64,000 nucleotides of DNA, taken from positions 603-64,602 of the forward strand of contig CBDUSV010000001.1 in assembly GCA_965369885.1 (NCBI GenBank), read 5' to 3'. This DNA is from an uncultured bacterium. GTDB taxonomy: Bacteria > Pseudomonadota > Alphaproteobacteria > SMXQ01. The position numbers were made by a program, and so were the translations under genes. Positions 1 to 9,726 of this stretch are shown one piece after another. Below the pieces are notes generated by a model. The model had not been told where the DNA came from. It made no database searches and saw nothing but the letters and a program-made list of their open reading frames with translations. Numbering within the stretch: the stretch's first letter is position 1; every line of letters starts with the position of its first letter.

Positions 1-2385
1 GAATATATGCTGTATCTGTTATGGGATCTGGGCCTCAAGGTCGGCCACGCCACCCGGTCGATCAATGACTGTATCCGTCTTGCCAAAAGCGATATCACCA
101 TCGAGACCTCGATGCTCGAAGCCCGCAGGATCTGTGGCGATACCGATCAGTTCACCGAGTTGCGCCAGCGTTTCACCCGCCAGGTCATGGCCGGGAGCGA
201 GATCAAGTTCGTCGAGGCCAAGCTGACCGAACGTGACGAGCGTCACCACCGCATGGGTGATTCCCGCTATCTGTTGGAGCCCAATGTAAAGGAAGGCAAG
301 GGCGGCCTGCGCGACCTCCACACCCTGTTCTGGATCGCCAAATATGTCTACCGGGTCAACAAGGTCAGCGAGATGGTCAAGCTTGGCGTGCTGTCGTCCA
401 AGGAGGCCGACCGTTTCGCCAAGGCCCGCAACTTCCTGTCAACGGTGCGCTGCCACCTTCACCACTTGGCCGACCGCGCCGAGGAACGGCTGAGTTTCAA
501 TATGCAGGCCGAGGTCAGCCAACTGATGGGCTACACCGATCATGTCGGCGCCAGCGCCGCCGAGCGTTTCATGAAGCACTATTTCCTCTACGCCAAGGAA
601 GTCGGCGATCTCACCCGCATTTTCTGCGCCGCCATCGAGGACCAGCACCGGCGCAAGCCGCGCCGCTTCCTGCCGCGCCTGGGCCTGCGCCAGCGCACCG
701 TCGAGGGGTTCGAGGCCGAAGGCGACCGGGTGACCGTGACCGATGCCGAAACCTTTACCGAAGACCCCACCAAGCTTATCAGCCTGTTTCTTGTCGCCCA
801 CCGCAACGACCTGGACATCCATCCCCAGGCGCTGCGCCTGATCACCCGCAATCTGGGGCTTATCGATGACGATCTGCGCAACAACGCGGATGCCAACCAG
901 GCCTTCATGGAGCTGCTGGCGGCCAAAGACGATTCCGAATTCATGCTCCGGCGCATGAACGAGGCCGGCGTCTTCGCCCGCTTCATCCCCGAGTTCGGCC
1001 GCATCGTCGCCCAGATGCAGCACGACATGTATCATGTCTACACCGTCGACGAGCACACCCTGTTCGCCCTCGGCATCCTCCATCGCATCGAGTGCGGCGA
1101 GCTCGAGGAAGAGTTGCCGCTGTCAACCGAGATCATCAACAAAATCCAATCACGCCCGGTGCTCTATCTGGCGCTGTTGCTCCATGATATCGGCAAGGGC
1201 CGGGGTGGCGACCATTCCGAAATTGGCGCCGAAATTGCCCAGAGGCTGGGCCCGCGTCTCGGGCTGAGCGAAGAGGAAACCGAGACCGCGTCGTGGCTGG
1301 TGCGCATGCATCTGGCGATGAGCAACATGGCGTTCAAACGCGACATCGGCGACCCCCAGACGGTGCGGGATTTCGTCGAGATCGTGCAATCGCCCGAGCG
1401 CCTGAGACTGTTGGTGCTGCTCACCGTGGCCGATATCCGTGCCGTCGGCCCCAAGGTATGGAATGGCTGGAAAGCGGCGCTTTTGCGCGACCTCTATCAC
1501 CTTGCCGAAAATTTAATGTCGGGCGGCTTGATGGCCGAGGGCCGCGACCAGCGCGTCGCCGCGGCCCAGGACGCGTTGCGCGGCGAACTTAAGGACTGGA
1601 AGCCCGAGGATTTGGATGCCCATATCGCCCGCGGCTATCCGTCATACTGGCTGTCGTTCGACACCGCGATCCACGCCCATCATGCCCGTCTCATCGCCAA
1701 GGCCGAAGAGGCGGCGGCCCCGCTGACCATCGATTTCCGGGTCGATGATTACCGCTCGGTCACCGATGTCACGGTCTATACCGCCGACCAGGCCGGGCTG
1801 TTTTCGCTGATCGCCGGCGCCATCGCGGTCGCCGGCGGCAACATTCTCGACGCCAGGATATTTACCCTCGTCAATGGCATGGCGCTGGACAGTTTTTCGA
1901 TCCAGGATGCCCAGGGCGCCTCTTTCCGTGGCACCGAAAATCTCGAGAAACTTAAAGGCATCATTGAAAACGCCATGACCGGCCGGTTGCGGCTGGGCCA
2001 GGAACTCGCCGAACGCCAGGATGGGCCCGCCCGTCCCCGGGTCTTTGCCGTGACGCCACAGGTGCTGATCGACAACGACGCCTCGGCCAGCCACAGCGTC
2101 ATCGAGGTCAACGGCGCCGACCGTCTGGGGTTTCTATATGACGTCACCAGGGCCTTGACGGAACTCAACCTGCAGATCTCTTCCGCCAAGGTTTCGACCT
2201 TCGGCGTCAGCGTCATCGATGTGTTCTATGTCAAGGACCTGTTCGGACTCAAAATCACCCATGAAGACAAACTTGCCCAGATTGCCGAGGTACTGACCGC
2301 GGCGCTCAAGGGCGCGGATGCGGACCCGGACACCGAACCCGCGGCGGTGACCGGCGCCAAAGGCCGTATCGCCATCGCCGAATAG
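1..2385 (+). CDS. glnD: Bifunctional PII uridylyltransferase/uridylyl-removing enzyme GlnD, 5'-truncated by the window edge
   Basis: The reading frame is open from base 1 and the 792-aa translation carries an HD domain and C-terminal ACT domains. Conserved glnD-murJ-trpS synteny supports the call. Confidence 0.85.
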   Translation, partial: EYMLYLLWDLGLKVGHATRSINDCIRLAKSDITIETSMLEARRICGDTDQFTELRQRFTRQVMAGSEIKFVEAKLTERDERHHRMGDSRYLLEPNVKEGKGGLRDLHTLFWIAKYVYRVNKVSEMVKLGVLSSKEADRFAKARNFLSTVRCHLHHLADRAEERLSFNMQAEVSQLMGYTDHVGASAAERFMKHYFLYAKEVGDLTRIFCAAIEDQHRRKPRRFLPRLGLRQRTVEGFEAEGDRVTVTDAETFTEDPTKLISLFLVAHRNDLDIHPQALRLITRNLGLIDDDLRNNADANQAFMELLAAKDDSEFMLRRMNEAGVFARFIPEFGRIVAQMQHDMYHVYTVDEHTLFALGILHRIECGELEEELPLSTEIINKIQSRPVLYLALLLHDIGKGRGGDHSEIGAEIAQRLGPRLGLSEEETETASWLVRMHLAMSNMAFKRDIGDPQTVRDFVEIVQSPERLRLLVLLTVADIRAVGPKVWNGWKAALLRDLYHLAENLMSGGLMAEGRDQRVAAAQDALRGELKDWKPEDLDAHIARGYPSYWLSFDTAIHAHHARLIAKAEEAAAPLTIDFRVDDYRSVTDVTVYTADQAGLFSLIAGAIAVAGGNILDARIFTLVNGMALDSFSIQDAQGASFRGTENLEKLKGIIENAMTGRLRLGQELAERQDGPARPRVFAVTPQVLIDNDASASHSVIEVNGADRLGFLYDVTRALTELNLQISSAKVSTFGVSVIDVFYVKDLFGLKITHEDKLAQIAEVLTAALKGADADPDTEPAAVTGAKGRIAIAE

Positions 2386-2458
2386 GCGCGCCGGAAACTC
2401 GACCGGCTATCTTCCCGGCGCTTTTCTCGCAACCACAAATCCTTTACATGTTGCCGCC

Positions 2459-4018
2459 ATGGCCTTCGTGCGTACGATCACGATCATCGGCGGCTACACC
2501 ATGGCAAGCCGCATCCTCGGTTTCACCCGCGATATCTTGTTGGCGGCGATCGTCGGCGCCGGACCGGTGGCGGACGCCTTCTTCGTGGCCTTCAAGCTGC
2601 CCAACTTCTTCCGCCGCCTGTTCGCCGAAGGCGCCTTCAACGCCGCGTTCGTGCCGATGTTTTCCGGCCTGCTCACCACCGACGGCAGGGAGGCGGCGCG
2701 GCAATTCGCCGAACAGGCCCTGGCCGTCCTGGTCGCGGCCCTGGCCGTGCTTTTGATCCTGTTCGAGTTGACCATGCCGTGGGCGATGTATGGCTTCGCC
2801 CCCGGCTTCGCCAAGGATGCGGACAAATTCGCCCTCGCGGTTGAGCTCACCCGCATCACCTTCCCCTATCTGTTGTTCATCTCCATGGTGTCGTTGATGG
2901 GCGCGGTGTTGAATTCCCTCGATCGTTTTGCCGCCGCCGCGGCCTCGCCGATCCTGTTGAACGTGTTTCTGATCGGCGCCTTGATCGGTCTCGCGCCGGT
3001 GATGGCAACCCCGGGCCACGCCCTGGCCTGGGGTGTCGCCACCGCCGGTCTCGCCCAGTTCGGGTTGCTGGCCTATGCGCTGCGTGGCGCCGGCATGTCC
3101 CTTGTGCCCGCCCGACCGCGGCTGACTCCCCGGGTGCGCCGGCTATTGCGGTTGATGGGGCCGGGCGTGGTCGGCGCCGGGGTGGTGCAGATCAATCTGC
3201 TGGTCGATGTGGTGATTGCCTCGCTTTTGCCGTCCGGGTCGATTTCCTATCTCTATTACGCCGACCGCATCAACCAGCTGCCCCTGGGTGTCGTCGGCAT
3301 TGCCGTCGGCACCGCCCTGTTGCCGGTGCTGTCGCGCCAGATCAAAAGCGGTGACGACGCCGGCGCCCGGGACAGCCAGAACCGGGCGCTGGAATTCGCG
3401 CTTCTGCTGACCGTGCCGGCGGCGATGGCGATGATGGTGATGGCATGGCCGATCATTCTGGTGCTGTTCGGCCGTGGCGCTTTCGGGGCGGCGGAGGTGA
3501 CGGCGACGGCCTGGGCGCTTGGCGCCTATGCCACCGGACTGCCCGCCTATGTGCTGATCAAGGTGCTGGCGCCGGGGTTCTTCGCCCATGAGGATACGGT
3601 GTCCCCGGTGAAGATCGCGATCCTTTGCGTCGTCGTCAATGTGGTGCTCAATCTTGCCCTCATGGGCCCCCTGGCCCATGCCGGCATCGCCTTGGCGACG
3701 GCGTTGTCGGCCTGGTTGAATGCCGGGCTTCTCGCCTGGGGGCTCCACCGCCGCGGCTGGTTCGCCCTGGACAGCCGCTTGCGGCGGCGTTTACCCCGCA
3801 TCGCGCTTTCGGCGGCGGCGATGGCTTTGGCCCTGGCGGCGGCGGCGGCGGCCCTGGCGGCACCGCTTGGCGGCGGCGAGCTGGCGCGTATCGGCGCCTT
3901 GGCCGCCTTGGTCGCAGGCGGGCTAGTGCTCTATGGCGCGGCGGCGCATCTCAGCGGCGCAACCGATCTCAAGGAGATCAAGACTGTGTTTGCCAAAAGC
4001 ACAGAGAAACAGTCTTGA
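2459..4018 (+). CDS. murJ: Lipid II flippase MurJ (MviN)
   Basis: The 519-aa polytopic membrane protein starts with the MurJ-typical N-terminus (...SRILGFTRD...). Its position after glnD supports the call. Confidence 0.9.
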   Translation: MAFVRTITIIGGYTMASRILGFTRDILLAAIVGAGPVADAFFVAFKLPNFFRRLFAEGAFNAAFVPMFSGLLTTDGREAARQFAEQALAVLVAALAVLLILFELTMPWAMYGFAPGFAKDADKFALAVELTRITFPYLLFISMVSLMGAVLNSLDRFAAAAASPILLNVFLIGALIGLAPVMATPGHALAWGVATAGLAQFGLLAYALRGAGMSLVPARPRLTPRVRRLLRLMGPGVVGAGVVQINLLVDVVIASLLPSGSISYLYYADRINQLPLGVVGIAVGTALLPVLSRQIKSGDDAGARDSQNRALEFALLLTVPAAMAMMVMAWPIILVLFGRGAFGAAEVTATAWALGAYATGLPAYVLIKVLAPGFFAHEDTVSPVKIAILCVVVNVVLNLALMGPLAHAGIALATALSAWLNAGLLAWGLHRRGWFALDSRLRRRLPRIALSAAAMALALAAAAAALAAPLGGGELARIGALAALVAGGLVLYGAAAHLSGATDLKEIKTVFAKSTEKQS

Positions 4019-4092
4019 GCGCCCTTGCCCCCCCCTTGACCGCCCGGGGGCGAGTGGGCCATAACTCCGCGTCGCGGCGGGGGAGGCCGTAG

Positions 4093-5091
4093 ATGGATCG
4101 CATCTTCTCGGGCGTGCAGCCCACCGGCAATCTGCATCTAGGCAATTATCTCGGCGCCATCCGCAATTGGGTGGAGCTGCAGGAATCCTTTGACTGCATC
4201 TTCTGCATCGTCGATCTTCATGCCCTGACCCAGCCCCAGGACCCGGACACGCTGCGCGCCAACACCCGTGAGGTCACCGCCGCCTACCTGGCCGCCGGCA
4301 TTGATCCCGAACGCTGCATCATCTTCAATCAATCCATGGTCTCGGGCCATTCCGAGCTGGCCTGGCTGCTGAGCTGCCTGACGCCGATCGGCTGGCTCAA
4401 CCGCATGACCCAGTTCAAGGAGAAGGCGGGCAAGAAGCGCGACAACGCCGCCCTCGGCCTCTATGCCTATCCGGTGCTGATGGCGGCGGACATCTTGTTG
4501 TACAAGGCGACCCACGTGCCGGTGGGCGAGGACCAGAAACAGCATCTGGAACTCTGCCGCGACATCGCCGGCGCCTTCAACCGCCAGTTCGGGGTCGAGT
4601 ATTTCCCCCTGCCCGAGCCCCAGATCCTGGGCGAGGCGACCCGGGTCATGTCACTGCGCGACGGGTCCGCGAAGATGAGCAAATCCGATGCGTCCGATTA
4701 TTCCCGCATCAACATGACCGATGACGCCGATGCCATTCATCTCAAGATCCGCAAGGCGCGGACCGATCCCGATCCCTTGCCGGGGACGGCTCAAGGGCTG
4801 GCGGGCCGGCCCGAAGCCGCCAACCTGATCGGCATCTATGCCACCCTGGCCGGGCAGGGCCGGGACCAGGTGCTGGAAAAATTCGAGGGCCAGATGTTCT
4901 CGGCCTTCAAGCCGGAATTGGCGGAACTGGCGGTTTCGGTGCTGGGGCCGATCGGCGATGAGATGAACCGCTTGATGAAGGAGCCCGGCTATGTGGACGG
5001 CGTGCTTCACCGCGGCGCCGAGCGCGCCAACGAGATCGCCCACCATCATCTGGCCGAGATTCACGGTATCATCGGCACTCTCAGGCCTTGA
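4093..5091 (+). CDS. trpS: Tryptophan--tRNA ligase
   Basis: The protein has the class I HIGH-like motif ([13 protein letters not shown]) and a KMSKS motif (AKMSKS). A GGGAGG Shine-Dalgarno sits 6 nt upstream of the ATG. Confidence 0.95.
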   Translation: MDRIFSGVQPTGNLHLGNYLGAIRNWVELQESFDCIFCIVDLHALTQPQDPDTLRANTREVTAAYLAAGIDPERCIIFNQSMVSGHSELAWLLSCLTPIGWLNRMTQFKEKAGKKRDNAALGLYAYPVLMAADILLYKATHVPVGEDQKQHLELCRDIAGAFNRQFGVEYFPLPEPQILGEATRVMSLRDGSAKMSKSDASDYSRINMTDDADAIHLKIRKARTDPDPLPGTAQGLAGRPEAANLIGIYATLAGQGRDQVLEKFEGQMFSAFKPELAELAVSVLGPIGDEMNRLMKEPGYVDGVLHRGAERANEIAHHHLAEIHGIIGTLRP

Positions 5092-5223
5092 AAATTCGAA
5101 ACAACATGCTTCTGATGCCGATTTATTGAAATCATTGTGTTTTTTTCTTGCGCTTGCCGGTTTCCCGGCGCACAAAACAGTGCGAATTCTTTGATCATAT
5201 TTTGAGTCTGTTCACCCGGTCCC

Positions 5224-6144
5224 ATGCAGATTTATCTGCCGATAGCGGAAATGTCGGTCAGCGTTTTCCTGCTGCTGGGCCTCGGCGGCTTCGTTGGTTT
5301 CCTGTCGGGCCTGTTCGGCGTCGGCGGCGGCTTTCTCATGACACCCTTGCTGATCTTCTGGGTCGGTGTGGCGCCACCTGTGGCCGTCGCCACCGAGGCC
5401 AATCAGATTGTCGCCGCCTCGGTCTCCGGCGTCGTCGCCCATTGGCGCCGGGGCAATGTGGATTTCCGCATGGGGGCGGTGTTGCTCTGCGGTGGCTTGG
5501 TGGGCTCGACCTTCGGGGTGTGGCTCTATTCCATGTTGCGGGGGATCGGCCAGCTCGATCTTGTGATCACGCTGGCTTATGTGGTGTTCCTCGGTGTCAT
5601 CGGTACCCTGATGCTGATCGAAGCGGTGCGGACCACGCTCAGGCTGCGCCATGGCGCCGGCGGGCGCAAGCTGCACCAGCACACCTGGCTCCACGGCCTG
5701 CCCTTCAAATTGCGCTTCCGCAAGTCCAAGCTTTACATCTCGGCGTTGTTGCCGCTGGGGATAGGGTTCTTCGTCGGCATCCTGTCGGCGATCATGGGCG
5801 TCGGCGGCGGCTTCGTCATGGTTCCCGCCATGATCTATCTGTTGGGGATGCCGACCACGGTGGTGGTCGGAACATCGCTGTTCCAGATCATTTTCGTCAC
5901 CGCCTATGTGACCTTCCTGCAGGCGGTGAGCAACCAGACCGTCGATGTCTTGCTGGCGGTTGTGTTGTTGACCGGTGGCGTCATCGGCGCCCAGATCGGC
6001 AGCCGCTATTCGGGCCGCCTGCCCGGCGAACATTTGCGTGGCCTGTTGGCGCTGATCGTCATTGCGGTGTGTGCCAAACTGCTGTTCGATCTGGTGACGG
6101 TGCCGGATGATCTCTACTTTCTCGGCCGGCCGGGGGTGGGATGA
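5224..6144 (+). CDS. TauE/SafE family (DUF81) sulfite/anion exporter-like membrane protein
   Basis: The translation shows a duplicated 4-TM glycine-rich DUF81 architecture (GGGFLMTPLL... and VGGGFVMVPAM...). Confidence 0.7.
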   Translation: MQIYLPIAEMSVSVFLLLGLGGFVGFLSGLFGVGGGFLMTPLLIFWVGVAPPVAVATEANQIVAASVSGVVAHWRRGNVDFRMGAVLLCGGLVGSTFGVWLYSMLRGIGQLDLVITLAYVVFLGVIGTLMLIEAVRTTLRLRHGAGGRKLHQHTWLHGLPFKLRFRKSKLYISALLPLGIGFFVGILSAIMGVGGGFVMVPAMIYLLGMPTTVVVGTSLFQIIFVTAYVTFLQAVSNQTVDVLLAVVLLTGGVIGAQIGSRYSGRLPGEHLRGLLALIVIAVCAKLLFDLVTVPDDLYFLGRPGVG

Positions 6145-6917
6145 AAGCACTCACAAAATCTTTGGCCCTGGCAACGGTTCTTGCTGCTGCGTCCCTGGTT
6201 TGTACCCCGGCCCGCGCCGCGTCTCCCCTGGTCGCCGATCTGTCCCAGCATCTGGTGGCGATCACCACCGGCTTTACCGGCACCGAGGTTTTGTTGTTCG
6301 GCGCCATCGAAGGCGGCGGTGACGTGGTGGTGGTGGTGCGCGGCCCCAATCGGCGTGAAACCGTCCGGCGCAAGACCCGGCTCGCCGGCATCTGGGTCAA
6401 TGGCGCCGAGATGTCCTTCGACGGCGTGCCGGCGTTCTATTGGGTTGGCGCCAGCCGCGATCTCGAGGCCATCATGGCGCTGCCGGTGAGGTTGCGCCAT
6501 GGCATCGGCGCCGATCAGTTGCATTTCAAGACTGTGGCCAAGACGGCGGTCAAGACGGCCGGCGAAAAGCCGGTGGAGCTGGCGCTGTTCCGCAAGGCCC
6601 TGGTGCGCAACAAACGCCGGGTCGGACTTTACGGCCGTGAAGTCGGCAAGGTGTCGTTCCTCGGACTGAGACTGTTCCGCACCCGGGTCTACTTCCCCGC
6701 CAACGTGCCCACCGGCACCTACAAGGTGGAGGTCTTCTTGTTGCGCGATGGCGTGGTGGTCAGCGCCCAGACCACCCCCTTGATCATCAGCAAGATCGGC
6801 CTCGGCGCCGAGGTCTATGATTTTGCCCACCGCGAATCCGCCCTTTATGGCATTATCGCCATCATCATCGCCCTCTCGGCAGGCTTGCTGGTGGGCTTCA
6901 TCTTCCGAAAGATGTGA
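6141..6917 (+). CDS. Conserved alphaproteobacterial protein with signal peptide and C-terminal membrane anchor (TIGR02186-like), function unknown
   Basis: The protein has an N-terminal signal peptide (…LVCTPARAASP) and a C-terminal transmembrane helix. It overlaps the DUF81 gene by 4 nt, and this family is typically paired with DUF81 in alphaproteobacteria. Confidence 0.5.
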   Translation: MKALTKSLALATVLAAASLVCTPARAASPLVADLSQHLVAITTGFTGTEVLLFGAIEGGGDVVVVVRGPNRRETVRRKTRLAGIWVNGAEMSFDGVPAFYWVGASRDLEAIMALPVRLRHGIGADQLHFKTVAKTAVKTAGEKPVELALFRKALVRNKRRVGLYGREVGKVSFLGLRLFRTRVYFPANVPTGTYKVEVFLLRDGVVVSAQTTPLIISKIGLGAEVYDFAHRESALYGIIAIIIALSAGLLVGFIFRKM

Positions 6918-6921
6918 GGCC

Positions 6922-7431
6922 ATGACCGACACGCCCACAGAACCGCCCGCCAAACCGTCCGCAGAACCGTTGGACCGTATCTTCCTGGTGGTGGTGGACA
7001 ACACCGCGGAATTGCGGGTTGCGCTACGCTTCGCGTCACTGCGGGCGCGCAACACCGGCGGGCGCGTCGCTTTGCTCTATGTCATCGAGCCCGCCGACTT
7101 TCAGCATTGGATGTCGGTGGAAAACCTGATGCGCGAGGAAAGCCGTAAGGAGGCCGAAGAGGTGCTGCAGACCTATTCGCCGCAGGTTCAACAATGGTCG
7201 GGCCGCACCCCGGTGCTGCATCTCAGGGAAGGCAAGCTGCAAGATGAGTTGCTGAAGCTCATCGACGAGGACCAAAGCATTTCCATTCTCGTTCTCGGCG
7301 CCGACACCGGCGGCAAGGGGCCGGGGCCCCTGGTCAGCGCCCTCACCGGCAAGATGGCGGGCAAACTCCGGGTGCCGCTGACCATCGTCCCGGGCAATCT
7401 TACCGACGACCAGATCGAAAGCCTGACCTGA
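6922..7431 (+). CDS. Universal stress protein family (UspA-like)
   Basis: The translation shows a Usp-like alpha/beta fold signature (RIFLVVVDNTAEL...VALLYVIEPAD...ILVLGADTGG). The internal ATG at 6922 was chosen because it lies 4 nt after the upstream stop. Confidence 0.65.
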   Translation: MTDTPTEPPAKPSAEPLDRIFLVVVDNTAELRVALRFASLRARNTGGRVALLYVIEPADFQHWMSVENLMREESRKEAEEVLQTYSPQVQQWSGRTPVLHLREGKLQDELLKLIDEDQSISILVLGADTGGKGPGPLVSALTGKMAGKLRVPLTIVPGNLTDDQIESLT

Positions 7432-7729
7432 GACGCCGGCAGCCCAAACCATCCCGACTGGGCCGGTTTTTGGGCCCAATGTCCAAATCAACCCTTGATT
7501 AACCATAACCGGCGCCGCCAGCGCCGCTCAGGCCCCTAAAGCCCGGTTTTCGCGATGGACGATCACTGCGTTGTTGCGGCCGAGTTTGAAACTTTGTTCG
7601 CCCCACCATGAGCTTTTCCGGGCACCTTGGCCCTTACCACGAAAAAACTTAACTATTACCCTTAACTCATTGATATTTTTCGCAAAATTTATCTTGATTT
7701 TGAGGCTCTATTTAGCCATTTTGGATGTG

Positions 7730-7799
7730 CCGGGCAACCCGATGCCCGTCCCGATCCGATGCCCCGGACAATCCATGTGTCCCGGGCGATCCGATGCCC
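7730..7799 (+). repeat. Three copies of a CCGATGCCC-containing motif immediately upstream of the nfu RBS
   Basis: The 12-mer GATCCGATGCCC occurs identically at 7753-7764 and 7788-7799, and a 10/12 copy sits at 7736-7747. The extended 19-nt units (G)CCGGGC(A/G)A(C/T)CCGATGCCC lie 51 bp apart. Confidence 0.6.
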
Positions 7800-7816
7800 A
7801 GGACGAGGGATAAAAC

Positions 7817-8377
7817 ATGTTCATACAGACCGAACTGACCCCCAATCCCGCCACCCTGAAATTCCTTCCTGGCCAGATGGTCATGGGTTCAGGCACCGCG
7901 GATTTCACCAGCGCCGAGGCGGCGCGACGATCACCCTTGGCCGAAGCGCTTTTCGAGGTCGAGGGGATCAAAGGCGTCTTTTTGGGCGCCGATTTCGTGA
8001 CCGTGACCAAGGATGACGGCACGGACTGGCAAGTTCTCAAGCCTTCGGTGCTTGGCATTGTCATGGAGCATTTCACCTCCGGCGCGGCGATCCTCAATGA
8101 CGAGGCCGCCGGCGACGAGGCCGGTGCGGCGACGGCGGAGGAGGACGAAGAGGTGGTTGCTCAGATCAAGGAGCTGCTGGAGACCCGGGTTCGCCCGGCG
8201 GTTGCCCAAGATGGCGGCGACATCGTCTTCCACCGTTTCAAGGACGGCATCGTCCATCTGCAGCTTCAAGGCGCCTGCTCCGGCTGCCCCAGTTCCACGG
8301 CGACCCTGAAGATGGGGATCGAGAATTTGCTCAAGCATTACATACCCGAAGTTTTGGAAGTACGCGCAGTTCAATAG
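7817..8377 (+). CDS. NifU-like Fe-S cluster scaffold/carrier (Nfu family)
   Basis: The protein has an Nfu N-terminal domain and a C-terminal CxxC motif (GACSGCPSS). A GAGGGA Shine-Dalgarno precedes the ATG. Confidence 0.8.
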   Translation: MFIQTELTPNPATLKFLPGQMVMGSGTADFTSAEAARRSPLAEALFEVEGIKGVFLGADFVTVTKDDGTDWQVLKPSVLGIVMEHFTSGAAILNDEAAGDEAGAATAEEDEEVVAQIKELLETRVRPAVAQDGGDIVFHRFKDGIVHLQLQGACSGCPSSTATLKMGIENLLKHYIPEVLEVRAVQ

Positions 8378-8413
8378 CGTTCAGTTGAGTTCAGTAGCGT
8401 GGAGTATCAGAAA

Positions 8414-9667
8414 ATGTTCAGGGAAAACTGGAAACGTCTTGAAGGCCTTGGCAACAAGGGGCTGGGCTTGATCGGCCAGGTTGGAACCGCGGTCAAGTGT
8501 GTTGGCGCCCATATTGGCGGCAAGTCCCTCGGCGGTCCACGCCTGGCCACGGCCGTGGGCCTCACCGTTGCCATTTCCCTTGCCATGGTTTTCGATGCGC
8601 CCGTGCCGTCTTCGCATCTGTCCAGCGTGGCGCCGGCGGCGGGTCCGGTGGCGGCGATGCGGGTCCAGGCTTCGGCCCAGATACCGGCTAAGACCCTGCC
8701 AGCTAAGACCCTGATCGTGGAGTCCCCCCGCTTTGCCCTGGGGAACCTGCGCGAAAAGGCCGAGACCGCCGACCAGGTTTTCGCGGTGTTGCGCCACACC
8801 AAACGCGCCCGTTCCCACCATTCGTTCATCAAGGCCGGCAATGTCAATGTCATGGTCATCACCAACGATTCCGTCAAGCTGCATCAGACCTTCCGCAGCA
8901 TGGGCTATCACCTCGAGCGCGTGCGCGCCGGTGAACAGTCGGTGCCGAGACTGTATCTGGCCAGTCTGCCGGCGGACCTGCCCCGGCTCAATTCGGTGCA
9001 AACCCGCAAGGCGGTGTTCATCAAGACCATCCTGCCACTCATTCTTCGGGCCAATGAAGATATCCTGCATCAGCGCCGGCGCCTGATTGTCCTCAAGGGG
9101 CGTATTGCTGGGGGCAAGGTCATGTCTTCGGCGGAGAAACAGTGGCTCGAAAGCTTGGCCGGCCAGTACGAAGTCGCCAACCGCAACTTCAAGGAACTGT
9201 TGAACCGGGTCGATGTCATCCCGCCGTCCCTGGCTTTGGCCCAGGCCGCCGAGGAAAGCGGCTGGGGGACGTCGCGGTTCGCCCAGGAGGGCAACGCCCT
9301 ATTCGGTCAGCGCACCTCCAAGGAGTCCAGCGGCATCGTGCCCAAGGGCGTGTCCGGGGAGAACAACATCAAGATCAAGTCCTTCGGTAAGCTGTATGAC
9401 GGCATCAGTTCCTATATCCGCAATCTCAATGTTCACCGTGCCTACCGGCACTTGCGCACGGCCCGCGCCCAGCTGCGCCGCCGCAACGGCGAAGGCGCCG
9501 AGTTCAACGGCATGGATCTGACGCGGACGCTCTACGCTTACTCGGAGCGCGGCGAGGCCTATGTGCGCACCATTCAGTCGATCATGCGCTACAACAATTT
9601 CGATCAGTTCGATGCGGTGCGCCTGAGCAACAAGGCGGTCTTTTTCGGCAAGTTTTCCGGCACCTGA
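8414..9667 (+). CDS. Bax/FlgJ-like mannosyl-glycoprotein endo-beta-N-acetylglucosaminidase domain protein
   Basis: The C-terminal half carries a glucosaminidase domain (…AQAAEESGWGTSRFAQEGNALFGQ…) and the N-terminus has a TM or signal anchor. The start is uncertain; alternatives are the GTG at 8399 or internal ATGs. Confidence 0.6.
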   Translation: MFRENWKRLEGLGNKGLGLIGQVGTAVKCVGAHIGGKSLGGPRLATAVGLTVAISLAMVFDAPVPSSHLSSVAPAAGPVAAMRVQASAQIPAKTLPAKTLIVESPRFALGNLREKAETADQVFAVLRHTKRARSHHSFIKAGNVNVMVITNDSVKLHQTFRSMGYHLERVRAGEQSVPRLYLASLPADLPRLNSVQTRKAVFIKTILPLILRANEDILHQRRRLIVLKGRIAGGKVMSSAEKQWLESLAGQYEVANRNFKELLNRVDVIPPSLALAQAAEESGWGTSRFAQEGNALFGQRTSKESSGIVPKGVSGENNIKIKSFGKLYDGISSYIRNLNVHRAYRHLRTARAQLRRRNGEGAEFNGMDLTRTLYAYSERGEAYVRTIQSIMRYNNFDQFDAVRLSNKAVFFGKFSGT

Positions 9668-9694
9668 TCGCCAATTTCCATCCCAGTCCAATAC

Positions 9695-9726
9695 ACCGCG
9701 GTCTAAGTACCGCGGTTTATTTCTTT
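9695..9726 (+). terminator. Intrinsic terminator after the glucosaminidase gene, overlapping the convergent deacetylase stop
   Basis: The hairpin ACCGCGG-tctaagta-CCGCGGT is followed by TTATTTCTTT. Confidence 0.5.

Noticed and set aside
5092-5223. Intrinsic terminator after trpS (GCCGG-tttc-CCGGC hairpin).
   Set aside because: The T-run precedes rather than follows the hairpin, so it does not fit the terminator architecture.
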